Origin: Tetramitus jugosus
Taxonomy: Eukaryota; Protista; Heterolobosea
NCBI GenBank assembly: GCA_937625935.1
Contig: OW569393.1
Location: 264,997 to 328,996, forward strand
Length of the DNA: 64,000 bases
Direction: 5' to 3'
Numbering within the stretch: position 1 is the first letter of the stretch; every line of letters begins with the position of its first letter. The translations under genes were made by a program, and so were the position numbers. Positions 12,408 through 22,373 of this stretch are shown one piece after another. The notes below the pieces were generated by a model that saw nothing but the letters and a program-made list of their open reading frames with translations, searched no databases and had not been told where the DNA came from.

Positions 12408-13946
12408 ATGGCTACCTCCCTCAAATCACAACTGCTACAACAAGTAGAGTGCTCCATTTGTTATGACACACTGAACACACCCAAAGTTCTCAGTTGTCTC
12501 CACACATTTTGTCTCAAGTGTCTCACTCAAGTTGTCAATTGTTCCAACCAAAAGAATGAATTGAAGTGTCCCACATGTAGGAACGTCACATCTCTATCCA
12601 GTAAGGGAGTACAAGAATTATCAAACAACTTCATTTTACAAGGAGTGTTGGACACACTTACTCAAGCCAAAACACCAACAAAAGAACCAGCATTTTGTGA
12701 TCATTGCGATGAAAAACAAATAGCCACTCATTATTGTGAAGAGTGTCAAGAACATTTGTGTGAGATTCACACAAAAGGTCACAAGATGGGAAAGCAGACC
12801 AAGATGCATCAACTGAACCAGTTGATTCAAGATGCAAAATATGAGGTGAGAGAGTGTGAAAAACACAAGGGAGAGAAACTGTTAATCATTTGCTCAACTT
12901 GTGATGACATGCTCATTTGCAGGGACTGTGCAATGGTAACTCATAAAGCTCATGAGTACATGTTTATTAGTGAGATAATTGATGAGAAGAGGCAAAAATT
13001 GAAGGTTATTGTTGACAAAACTGCCTCATTCACAACAAAATTGGAGGAAGACATTGCAAGAGTGGATCAAAGGATTAAGGATATTCAAAAGAAACATGAA
13101 GAAGAGGTTAACAAGAACAAACAGTCGTGTGATGTTCTGATAACTGCAATCAAGGAGAAGATGAATGGCTTGGAGAAAGAATTGGATGCATTGTGTGCTG
13201 ACAGAATACGCTCTTTGCAAACAGAGAAGCAGAAATTACTTGTTCTACTAGATACTGGGCGCTGCTCCAAGAGTAGCATGATTGACTCATACTCAGACGT
13301 CCGATTAATTGAAATGGAACGCGAGATTAGTCAACAACATTGTGAGATGCAGAAAGAGATGAGTAAGGACATTAACATATGTGATAGCTTCTTTGTATCA
13401 AAAGTTAATGTACAAGTGATGTTGCAACATTTAAAGTCGTGGTCAGTTGCTCGTTTAGATAATTTTAACCAAGTTATGCTCGCTGAAATGAAGGAGAGTG
13501 GATATTCATTGCAATATGCACCAAACGAACTGAAGAATGACAAAGAATTTGTTCTTGCTGCGGTGAAACAGTATGGATTTGCATTGGACTATGCATCAAA
13601 TGAACTGAAGAATGACAAAGAAGTTGTTCTTGCAGCGGTGAAACAGCATGGATATGCATTGCGATATGCATCAAATGAACTGAAGAATGACAAAGAATTT
13701 GTTCTTGCTGCGGTGAAACAGTATGGATATGCATTGGAATATGCATCAAATGAACTGAAGAATGACAAAGAAGTTGTTCTTGCAGCAGTGAAACAGAATG
13801 GATTTGCATTGAAATATGCATCACATGAACTGAAGAATGACAGAGAAGTTGTTCTTGCAGCGGTGAAACAGGATGGTCGTGCATTGCAATATGCATCAAA
13901 TGAATTGAAGAATGACAAAGAATTTGTTCTTGCGCTGAAGCAGTAG
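12408..13946 (+). CDS. TRIM/RBCC-like protein (RING, two B-boxes, coiled coil) with C-terminal DUF4116-type repeats; probable E3 ubiquitin ligase
   Basis: CSIC...CLHTFCLKC...CPTC RING; CDHC...CEEC..HLCEIH and CEKH...CSTC...CRDC...HKAH B-boxes; repeated LKNDKEFVLAAVKQ.G.AL.YAS. Confidence 0.9.
   Translation: MATSLKSQLLQQVECSICYDTLNTPKVLSCLHTFCLKCLTQVVNCSNQKNELKCPTCRNVTSLSSKGVQELSNNFILQGVLDTLTQAKTPTKEPAFCDHCDEKQIATHYCEECQEHLCEIHTKGHKMGKQTKMHQLNQLIQDAKYEVRECEKHKGEKLLIICSTCDDMLICRDCAMVTHKAHEYMFISEIIDEKRQKLKVIVDKTASFTTKLEEDIARVDQRIKDIQKKHEEEVNKNKQSCDVLITAIKEKMNGLEKELDALCADRIRSLQTEKQKLLVLLDTGRCSKSSMIDSYSDVRLIEMEREISQQHCEMQKEMSKDINICDSFFVSKVNVQVMLQHLKSWSVARLDNFNQVMLAEMKESGYSLQYAPNELKNDKEFVLAAVKQYGFALDYASNELKNDKEVVLAAVKQHGYALRYASNELKNDKEFVLAAVKQYGYALEYASNELKNDKEVVLAAVKQNGFALKYASHELKNDREVVLAAVKQDGRALQYASNELKNDKEFVLALKQ
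13498..13943 (+). repeat. About six tandem 75-bp coding units (DUF4116-type)
   Basis: gaactgaagaatgacaaagaa..tgttcttgc.gcggtgaaacag recurs every 75 bp. Confidence 0.9.
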
Positions 13947-14262
13947 ACTTGGACGAAAATAGACAAAATTTTTGTGATTTTCCGAGTGAACGTGAAAAAC
14001 TGTTGATGAGATAGAGCAGTTTCTTAGCCTTTATAACTATGGGTATGGTGCGACCATTGTTTTCTTCGACAACTTCCACCGACCGAACCGTTGCAGCTCT
14101 TTGAAGTGAAGGTTTCCAATGACGAGGTTATTATAACAGTTTCGAATACAAACATGATGTTATACTTAGTTTTCTCCTTTGTAACAATGCATGACTACTA
14201 TTTGTAAAATAGACCTGATCCCTTATACACCACCTGTTGCTTATTACGATGCTCTTTTTTCT

Positions 14263-15561
14263 TCATCTTCTGAACGCCACGAATACTTTTCCCTTGTTAA
14301 AACCTGAATGAAGACGTGTCACAGCTTCAACCACACTGTGAACACCGCGATTCATGTGCGAGTAACAGTATTCATCCACTGGTACCTTCATTGTCTTATC
14401 ATAGTAATACCACTGAATGAGCTTCTGAATTGCTTCGACAAACTTTTTCTTGTCTTGAGACGATCCACCAGTATAATTAAGGAGGAAGAAACCAGAAATT
14501 GTCTTGCTGCCAAACAGTAGTCTATTGCACAAAACAGAGGCAGAATCTTCTCGTGAAACTTTATGTTCCTCTTCTGAACCACTGCTCTTGTACTCTGAAA
14601 CGGAACCAATGCTAATCAATTGACCAAACGTTGCCAAATGATTGAATGCAGTCTTGAACATGTCACCTCCCACTCCTTCATAAATAAGATCAATACCACT
14701 TGGGTACTCACGCTTTAGAATCTGAGAAACATTCTCCTGCTTGTAATTAATCACTCGGTCGCAGTGCAAGCTCAACAACAATTGTTTCTTTTGTTCATCA
14801 CCACATGTACCAATCACATGATAACCCATTCTCTTTGCCAATTGTACAGCAAATGTACCTGTTGCACCTGCTGCTCCAGTCACCAGACAAGTCCTTGGTT
14901 TGTTCTTGGTGTTGAGCGACGGTTGATTCGGAACGGCGTCGGTTGACTCGGACAAATTCGTCATTCCGCCCTTTTCCTTCAATGCTAAATAAGCAGTGGT
15001 TCCACTAACAATAATGGAAACAAACTCTGGTCTTGACTCTGGAATAGGAAAGGTCTTCTGGTAGTGTATCACATGATATTCGACATAACCATGAGAAAAC
15101 TCTGCAAACAACACATGATTGCCCACACGATAAGGAAACTTGGAGTCCTTTTCACACCATTGACTCAAATCATCTGATATGGCCAAAATTTGACCACAAG
15201 CTTCCCCACCAGCCACAATCGACTGCTGCTCAACATTATCATTCTTTGACAGGGACTTTAGTGGTCCATACACACCATTAGAGATCATAATCTCAGAAGC
15301 TTGTATCCCGGCATACAAGTTCTTGACTAACAGCAGCCCAGAAGACTCCGACACTTTTTGTCGTAGTTGACTCAATGTAATCGGAGATTTTTGAAGGCGG
15401 GTCGCTTCTTGGTACACGTTGCTCTTTTTGACATAGATCAATTCATCGAATGAAGGACCGTGTTCTTGAATGTGCTTTTGGAGCACGTACAGACGATTGT
15501 AACCCTTGTTGTGGAGATCACGGCTTGTGGTGGCAACAGATTGATCTTGTTGTTGGCTCAT
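14263..15561 (-). CDS. Prostaglandin reductase 3/ZADH2-like NADP-dependent MDR oxidoreductase
   Basis: GGEACG, SGTTAY, VTGAAGATGTFAVQLAK, YPSGIDLIYEGVGG, NKGKVFV; likely ATG at 15561 (MSQQQDQ) because the longer ORF overlaps a tRNA. Confidence 0.85.
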   Translation of the reverse strand: MSQQQDQSVATTSRDLHNKGYNRLYVLQKHIQEHGPSFDELIYVKKSNVYQEATRLQKSPITLSQLRQKVSESSGLLLVKNLYAGIQASEIMISNGVYGPLKSLSKNDNVEQQSIVAGGEACGQILAISDDLSQWCEKDSKFPYRVGNHVLFAEFSHGYVEYHVIHYQKTFPIPESRPEFVSIIVSGTTAYLALKEKGGMTNLSESTDAVPNQPSLNTKNKPRTCLVTGAAGATGTFAVQLAKRMGYHVIGTCGDEQKKQLLLSLHCDRVINYKQENVSQILKREYPSGIDLIYEGVGGDMFKTAFNHLATFGQLISIGSVSEYKSSGSEEEHKVSREDSASVLCNRLLFGSKTISGFFLLNYTGGSSQDKKKFVEAIQKLIQWYYYDKTMKVPVDEYCYSHMNRGVHSVVEAVTRLHSGFNKGKVFVAFRR

Positions 15562-15603
15562 TTGTTTCTTTGCTCCAAAGGAACGAAAATAACAAAAATG
15601 TGA

Positions 15604-15677
15604 TACGATTGACCGGGATCGAACCGGCGACCTTGAGCGTGTTAAGCTCACGATCTAACCAACTGATCTACAACCGC
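15604..15677 (-). tRNA. tRNA-Val(AAC)
   Basis: GCGGTTG/CAATCGT acceptor stem; GATC D-stem; TGAGC-TTAACAC-GCTCA anticodon arm; GCCGG-TTCGATC-CCGGT T arm; T5 run immediately downstream. Confidence 0.95.
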
Positions 15678-15933
15678 TTATGTTTTTGAAGAATTAGTGG
15701 GATTTTGCCGCGATGCAGGCCGCTTTATTGAACTTGCCTCCCTTCATGTAAGTTTGGAATGTTTCATGTTAAAATTGTTCACTTTTTGATGTTTTTTATC
15801 GAAGATTGGATTAATTGAATGAAAATTTTTTCGAAATATTTTTAGACATTGGCAACATGACATCAAGTCTCGAGATCTATTTTGTCTGGATAGCTATCCC
15901 CAGAAGAGACAGAAACACAACAACACACTGAAT

Positions 15934-17622
15934 ATGACAGAAAAGATTTCACTGGAAGAGGAACTATCTGAATATAATATCCCTCTCAGTCCAAAGTCGA
16001 TTGGATTGGAAGAAAAGGAGTTTTTCATCAAGAAAGGCTCAGAATCCACGAATGAACCAGAGAATGTTCCACCTATACCTTGGAAACCACTTTCTCTTGT
16101 TTTCTTCATGTTTGTCGTCGATGTTCTCTCCTTTTCTTCTCTGATGCCTTACATTGCTGCTCTCGTAAAAGACTTGAACCTCGTGTCACCTGGCGACACC
16201 AAGAGTGTGGGATACTATGCAAGCGTCATTGGTTCCTCATACTACATTGCTCAATTCTCTAGTGCGTTCTTCTGGGGTTACGTAAGTGATACACACGGTC
16301 GGAGAATAGTTTTGCTGACGGGAATTTTTGGAGGATTTGTAAGCTCATTGTTGTTTGGTTTTTCAAAGTCGTTGTGGTGGGCCATGACTACGAGATTGTT
16401 CTTCGGATTGGTGAATGGCAATTTGGGTGCTTACAAAGTGTACATATCGGAGATTACTCACAAGAAACATCACCCTCAAGTGTTCAGTTACATTAGTCTC
16501 TCGGTCTCTCTGGGAACAGTGTTTGGTCCTGCGATTGGAGGTTTTCTCTCGAATCCCATCGACCTGTATCCAACTCTGTTTTCTCATTCACCCCAACAAG
16601 TTGTTCAACTGCTCAAGTATTTTCCATTCTTGTTGCCCAACCTTGTGATTTCAGGCATTCAACTTTGTTCATTTGTGTTGGCTTACTTTTACTTGGAAGA
16701 GTCAAACCAAAGTGTGTTGAAGACCAAATCTGACGGCTATATTCCATTGTCTACCTCTGAAGCTGCTTCTACAAATGACACTCCTTCGTCCAACAAAGTG
16801 AGTAAGAGAATTGTGTTGATAGAAGATGAGGAACACGAGAATCGAGTAGACTCTGGTGATGGTTCCTCTACTATGTTGAAAGAAAGTCAACCAATCAAGC
16901 AATTGATCACTCCTGCCAAAACAACTCCTGCAAGTAAGACACAAAGCAAAGAATCATTTATTCTCTCGCTAAAGGATAATCCTCTGGTAGCTTGTTTACT
17001 GTATGCGATCATTGGCTTCACAAACATTGCCTTCGCAGAGTGCATGCCCCTGTTAATGGTTTTGAACTCTAGTTCAGGAGGATTGGATTTCAATCAGAAG
17101 CAAATTGGTATTCTGAGTTCGATTACTGGATTTATGATGATCCTATTTCAGTTGTTCTTCTGTGCTCGTATCATGAGATACTACGGACTACGAAACACGA
17201 TGAAGTATTGCTCAATCATCTTGACGTTCATTGTTCAGTTGTATCCATTTGTTAATCGATTGATATCTCATCCCATGATACTCTGGAGTGCATTGATCGT
17301 ATTGAACGTGGTGAGGTTTGCAGCCATTCAAACTAGTTTTTCAACATCGAATGTCATGCTAAACAACTCGGTTCTACCTCAAAACCGAGGAAAGTTGAAT
17401 GGAGCTGCACAGAGTATGGTTGCTCTTGCAAGGTCCATCGCTCCACTCTTAGGAATTGTGTTTGCTCTGACTGCAACCATCAATTCCTTTCCTTTCAACA
17501 TTCATTTCATCTTCTTTGTACTCACAGGTACTCATTTGTTTTGCTATTTGTTAGCAAGATCTCTGACCAAGGAGATTAATGAACCAAGGGTGATAGGAGC
17601 AAAACAATCAACCCATGTGTAA
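15934..17622 (+). CDS. MFS transporter (ZIF1-like/DHA1-type, 12 TM)
   Basis: WGYVSDTHGRR motif A; two hydrophobic six-helix halves with a long central loop; RGKLNGAAQS. Confidence 0.9.
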   Translation: MTEKISLEEELSEYNIPLSPKSIGLEEKEFFIKKGSESTNEPENVPPIPWKPLSLVFFMFVVDVLSFSSLMPYIAALVKDLNLVSPGDTKSVGYYASVIGSSYYIAQFSSAFFWGYVSDTHGRRIVLLTGIFGGFVSSLLFGFSKSLWWAMTTRLFFGLVNGNLGAYKVYISEITHKKHHPQVFSYISLSVSLGTVFGPAIGGFLSNPIDLYPTLFSHSPQQVVQLLKYFPFLLPNLVISGIQLCSFVLAYFYLEESNQSVLKTKSDGYIPLSTSEAASTNDTPSSNKVSKRIVLIEDEEHENRVDSGDGSSTMLKESQPIKQLITPAKTTPASKTQSKESFILSLKDNPLVACLLYAIIGFTNIAFAECMPLLMVLNSSSGGLDFNQKQIGILSSITGFMMILFQLFFCARIMRYYGLRNTMKYCSIILTFIVQLYPFVNRLISHPMILWSALIVLNVVRFAAIQTSFSTSNVMLNNSVLPQNRGKLNGAAQSMVALARSIAPLLGIVFALTATINSFPFNIHFIFFVLTGTHLFCYLLARSLTKEINEPRVIGAKQSTHV

Positions 17623-17703
17623 ATAAAATCTTTGGATTTGTAAAACGTTTTGGAACGATTTTAATACTAGTGATAAATAAATTTACATCTTGTTGGAATG
17701 GAT

Positions 17704-18570
17704 TCAAATAATTGACAACTCCTTGACGTTGTTGTAGAAGTCTGAAAGAGTGATCAATCTATCAGTGTACTTGAATGAAGGAATGGCTCTCTGCAGCTTG
17801 GTGTTGTCAAAATGGGCAATCTTCTGCCTTCCTTCTTCTTCATCACCATTCACCTTTACCTCTACTCCTTCAAAGTCTTGTGGGAAAATTTCGATCAACA
17901 GTTTTGCAAGGTCTGGTTGAGAAAGAGATGTCTCGGAGACAATGAAACGATGGTTGGAAACATCAACACTCTCTGATTCACCAACCAATAAGTGTGCTTT
18001 GGAAACATCCCTAACATCAACTATGGCATATCCACTTGACTCAATAGCTTGACCATTTTTCAAAGCTTTGATCCAACTTGACATGATAAAGACGCTCCCA
18101 TTCAGTGAATTCTTCTGAGATTCATCAATAAGAGGCCCGTAGTTCAGAGAAGGAGCAATAACAACAAGATCGAAACTGATCTTATCCTTGTTCTCTTCAA
18201 CAAAATTCCAAGCAGCCTTCTCAGCAGCTACTTTGCTGTAGGAGTATGAACCAAAATGTCCTTCAAGAGCAGTCGAGTTATTCCAGGAGTCTTCAGTGAA
18301 TGGATTTTCTCTACTCTCAGCAACTCTGAGGACATCAGAGATTGCTGTAACTGAAGAAGTGATGACCACTCTCTTCACACTTGAAACCTTGGCAGCGCTT
18401 TTCAACACAGTCAATGTTCCTTGTAATGCTGGATCAATGATATCACGTTGAGGATCAGTGGAAGAGAACAAGTTCAAACCTGCTGGACTTGCAGTATGAT
18501 ACACAATCGAGGTCCCTTCTACAGCCTTGTCAAAAGATCCATCCTTCATTAAATCAGCCTCAAATAGTAT
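17704..18570 (-). CDS. Extended SDR / aldehyde reductase (Gre2/DFR-like), apparently missing its N-terminus
   Basis: VYHTASP, VKRVVITSS, YSYSKVAAEKAAW, VDVRDVSKAH; no TGxxGxxA nucleotide-binding segment found upstream. Confidence 0.7.
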   Translation of the reverse strand: MLFEADLMKDGSFDKAVEGTSIVYHTASPAGLNLFSSTDPQRDIIDPALQGTLTVLKSAAKVSSVKRVVITSSVTAISDVLRVAESRENPFTEDSWNNSTALEGHFGSYSYSKVAAEKAAWNFVEENKDKISFDLVVIAPSLNYGPLIDESQKNSLNGSVFIMSSWIKALKNGQAIESSGYAIVDVRDVSKAHLLVGESESVDVSNHRFIVSETSLSQPDLAKLLIEIFPQDFEGVEVKVNGDEEEGRQKIAHFDNTKLQRAIPSFKYTDRLITLSDFYNNVKELSII

Positions 18571-18811
18571 GTATTTGATATGTTACGACTCTTTTGTTGT
18601 TGGAGTATGAGATAATACTATCCTCCGACTTTTTAAAGCTGGGGTGCTGCGCATGAATTGCGCTCCTCTAGGGTATATAGGTAATTGCGTACAAATAATT
18701 GACCTGGCCAAAAAGGAATTCCTTTGCAAAGTCCAGATGTGAATTCACTGCTGTAATCTACAAATGTTTTGCACAAACCTAGAACTAGTTTTCAGAAACT
18801 TTCAAAATCAA

Positions 18812-21043
18812 TCAATAGTTTAAAATGACTTTTCCTTTGTGATCTTTGTAAAACTGACTCCGAAAGGAAAGACCTTGCTTATAATCCAAATCACTACTCC
18901 CTGAACTGTGTTGGAGTGCATTTCGTATCTCTGGATCATTGAAGAGTTCAGGCTTATTTTGAAGAAACTTGACCACGAGTTGCTTTACATCTCCTTCTGT
19001 TTGATGATCCTTGTTAAGAACTGTGCTTGCCATTTGTGTGATCAACTTTTTCAGTTGCTTCACTTCTTGTTCCGTAGACTTTAATTTAGCAGATGTAACA
19101 GATCTGTACGAATGATTCGACCTGTTTGAATGTCCAGACACTATCGATGAATTGTTGCTTCTCACAGAATTAGCAGAAGAGAGTTCTCTCAACAAATTCA
19201 ATCTCCTGTCAGTCAGTCCTCGGTCCTTAATCGTTTCTTTATGGACTGGTGTCATCTCCCCTAGAAATTTCTCCCTCTCCGAAGGATCCAATCGTGCCAT
19301 GAGTTCCTCCTGTCTTCTTCTAACGTCATTCAGAGCCTTTTGTACATCTCTAGTCGCCTCTTGCTCATTTCTCAAATTTTCCTCTAGTTGAACGATTCGG
19401 TCACTATCTGCATCACTCCCTATTGAAAAATAAGAAGGAGCAGACGCTCGACTTTTCTGAGATCGAATTGACCTCGTCGAAACAACATCATGACTAGGTC
19501 TTGCACTATCCATGTTCTCTCGTGGTCGGTTTGTATTGTTGGCTTTGCTCATTCTGCTTGTTGTTGAAGGTGGATTAGTCCTCGATGATGTTACCTGTTT
19601 CGAGGATACTTCTGATACTCTATTCGAAGCAACGCTCTTTGATGGAGATGTTGGCCTAGTGGAAGAACAACTGTCTTTCTGCCCTTCTTCTTGTACCCCC
19701 TTACTGGCTATCGAACTGACAGATTGTGTTTCGCTCTTCGCAGCAATAGGAGGTAAACTCCGTGATGTGCTCTTGTTAGACACAGAAGAGTGTCTGGATG
19801 ATCGACTTGTGCTACTGTACACGCTAACAGAATCGTTTGACTCTTCGCTCTTCTCTGGTGCTGATTCCTTTGAGGCAACTACTGTAGCTGTTTCCTCCCT
19901 AAAGCCAGTAAATAATGCAGGATCAAAATTACTTGTATCCTTGAATAAATTAAGTGCAAGCTTATGTACATTGGGATTCAAATTTTGTCGTATCGGAAAC
20001 CGTTGTTTGGATCTCATTTGTTGAGGTATCGTTACAACATTGTTTCTCATTTGACTACTGCTATAGTGATCATCTCTCGAGTGGTGATTGGCTACTTCAA
20101 TACCACCTCTTCTCAATTCATTCAACAGAGTTTTTGAAATGATTGGATTATGGTTCACTACACCATGGTTCATCGATTGTTGAGAAGCTACCAAATTCAA
20201 GCTCTGAACTGGAGGCAAATCCCGTTTGGAAACCTTGTGAAAAGTAGAACTTGCTCTCTTGGTAGTATTCATATACCTGGGTACACTGACATTTGGATCA
20301 GAGGAATGATCCAGCACCATGGATGACATATCCATTACCCTTACTGATGCACCATTATTGGCTTGATTATAAGCTTGAGCAAACTCTTGTTTAGCTTTCT
20401 CTGTGAGCGCTGCATTGGCTTGTAGCTGCTGCTGCTGCTCATGAATATTTACCTCTGTCAAGAAAAAATTTGCCGTAGACGCGCCAGTGACTGGTGTCGG
20501 AGTTGTGTTTGTCGCGATAGAAACCATGTGGGGACCACCACCTACAGCGCCATTTTGTGCGCTCATTATCGCCGCAGTAGAAGCATTAGAGCTGCTGCTG
20601 CTGCTGTTGCCATGATGTAGCTTTTGAGAGCTAACATTGACCTTGAGACCAGAAATCACCACTGGTGAAGAAGAATTCTGTTGAAAGGATGAATCATAGG
20701 AGCTTTGATTCTGCTGTTGCTGTTGTGTTTGTTGAGGTGGTGATTGAAAAAAAGAGTGATGATAGTGATGAGAGGGACTGTTGGGATTGGAAATGAATGA
20801 AAAGGATGAGGAGTGGTTGCTGAGAATGGCTGAAGAGGGACTTGCTTGTTGAAAAGAATGATTTTGTTGTTGTTGTTGTTGTTGAATCATCATGCTATTG
20901 TAGTTGCTATTGTTACTGCTTGGTCCTCCTTGTATGGCTAACATGCTTAATTGAGGCACATTGGATTTATGATGATGATGATGATGGTTGTTACTATTAT
21001 TATTGTTATGGTTGTTGTTGCTGTGGGTTGTTCGAAGTGCCAT
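18812..21043 (-). CDS. Low-complexity N/Q/H/S-rich protein with C-terminal coiled coils; function unknown
   Basis: 743-aa ATG-initiated ORF. Confidence 0.7.
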   Translation of the reverse strand: MALRTTHSNNNHNNNNSNNHHHHHHKSNVPQLSMLAIQGGPSSNNSNYNSMMIQQQQQQQNHSFQQASPSSAILSNHSSSFSFISNPNSPSHHYHHSFFQSPPQQTQQQQQNQSSYDSSFQQNSSSPVVISGLKVNVSSQKLHHGNSSSSSSNASTAAIMSAQNGAVGGGPHMVSIATNTTPTPVTGASTANFFLTEVNIHEQQQQLQANAALTEKAKQEFAQAYNQANNGASVRVMDMSSMVLDHSSDPNVSVPRYMNTTKRASSTFHKVSKRDLPPVQSLNLVASQQSMNHGVVNHNPIISKTLLNELRRGGIEVANHHSRDDHYSSSQMRNNVVTIPQQMRSKQRFPIRQNLNPNVHKLALNLFKDTSNFDPALFTGFREETATVVASKESAPEKSEESNDSVSVYSSTSRSSRHSSVSNKSTSRSLPPIAAKSETQSVSSIASKGVQEEGQKDSCSSTRPTSPSKSVASNRVSEVSSKQVTSSRTNPPSTTSRMSKANNTNRPRENMDSARPSHDVVSTRSIRSQKSRASAPSYFSIGSDADSDRIVQLEENLRNEQEATRDVQKALNDVRRRQEELMARLDPSEREKFLGEMTPVHKETIKDRGLTDRRLNLLRELSSANSVRSNNSSIVSGHSNRSNHSYRSVTSAKLKSTEQEVKQLKKLITQMASTVLNKDHQTEGDVKQLVVKFLQNKPELFNDPEIRNALQHSSGSSDLDYKQGLSFRSQFYKDHKGKVILNY

Positions 21044-21327
21044 TGTATTTGTACAGTGTTACATGAAAGAATAGTACAATGAATGATAAATTAAGGAATG
21101 GTGAATGGTTGTTGTTACTCGGTGTTCGTTCTCTCGTTTTTTTTAAATTTGTTAGCATCGAAACAACGATTTTCTGTAATCAGCAGTTACACACATGATC
21201 AACGCTCAGCGGAACCACAATGATTTACACCGCCCAAGAAGAAAACAGTACCTGCATCCAGAGCAAGCTCCATCATCGAAAAGAACAAGAACCACCAAAT
21301 CATAGTGTAATTCAAAAGATGATTTAT

Positions 21328-22076
21328 TTAGTTGGCCTTTGCAGCTTGACGAGCTTGGAAAGCCTTGGTTGCCTTTGCCTTCTTTGCAATCTTCTTACCC
21401 AAAAGCTTGAAGCTAGCCTTGGTAGCCATCTTCTTAGCGAAAGCCTTCTTGTGCAATTCAAGAGCAGCCTTCTTGTCAGCTTCAGCCTTAACATTGTCGG
21501 AAGCAGCCTTGATTGGTGCGTATTCCTTCAAGATCAATTGCTTCTTTTGCTTCTTCAAAGACTTGACGACAAATCTTTCAAAGTCAGTCAAGTTTTGTCT
21601 CTTTTGGCTTCTGTTGTCTCTCTTGAACAAACCAGTTTGTTCGTATTGTTCAACCAACTTTTGTTCAGCGATAGCCTTTTGGACATCAGCAGAAGCAGCA
21701 CCACGGGCAACGTTGACAACAATGTTGACGAGTTCAATGTCTCTGGTTGTGATCAAAGTTCTTGGAACGTTTGGTCCTTCAACCATGTATCTGTGAGCAT
21801 CAAGGATGTCGACAATGACGACGATTTCACCCTTGTGAACAGCGTTCTTGATTCTAGCAGCACGGCCGATTTGGACAAAGAGTTTGAACTAAAAGAATTG
21901 AAACGAGCAAAAAAATAATTGGAATTAGTACATGTGTGTCATCACTTTGTCATCATGAATGGGAGAGAGCGAAATAAAGTAATTTTTGAGAAGTGTGAAG
22001 AAGACTGGTGATATTGTGAATGCTCTCTCTCCAATTGGGTGATGAATATCATCTCATTACATACGTTTGAGACCAT
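21328..22076 (-). CDS. RPL14: 60S ribosomal protein L14 (eL14); intron 21889-22064
   Basis: Spliced sequence MVSN|FKLFVQIGRAARI...GEIVVIVDILDAHRYMVEGP...LTDFERF; GTATGT donor, TACTAAT branch-like site, TTTAG acceptor. Confidence 0.93.
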
Positions 22077-22373
22077 CTTTATATATATTCTTTTTTGGCT
22101 GGGTTATGTGGTAATGATGAGTGTGTGTTTTTTTGTTTTTTTCGAGTTTTTGCAATTTTGTTTGGTTGACTGGCGACTGGCACAACCCGTTCGTTGAACC
22201 TTCAATAAAAATTTTCAGCACAACAAGAATGCACATGAATCACATGATGTGAAAATGCAGATAAACAATGATGACAGTCTTATTGCTTGTGCAAACACCA
22301 CATACGCTCTCGTATTGATTTTTCTTGTTTATTCATTCAAGAAACAACGTTGCAGTCATCGTTTTCTTTTCAT

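Noticed and set aside
13498-13943. Regular repeats resembling a CRISPR array
   Set aside because: They are in-frame 75-bp coding repeats with no unique spacers, in a eukaryotic context with no cas genes.
15562-15651. N-terminal extension of the 462-aa ORF
   Set aside because: It uses a non-ATG start and overlaps the tRNA-Val gene.
21220-21918. 232-aa plus-strand ORF
   Set aside because: It is an antisense shadow of RPL14.
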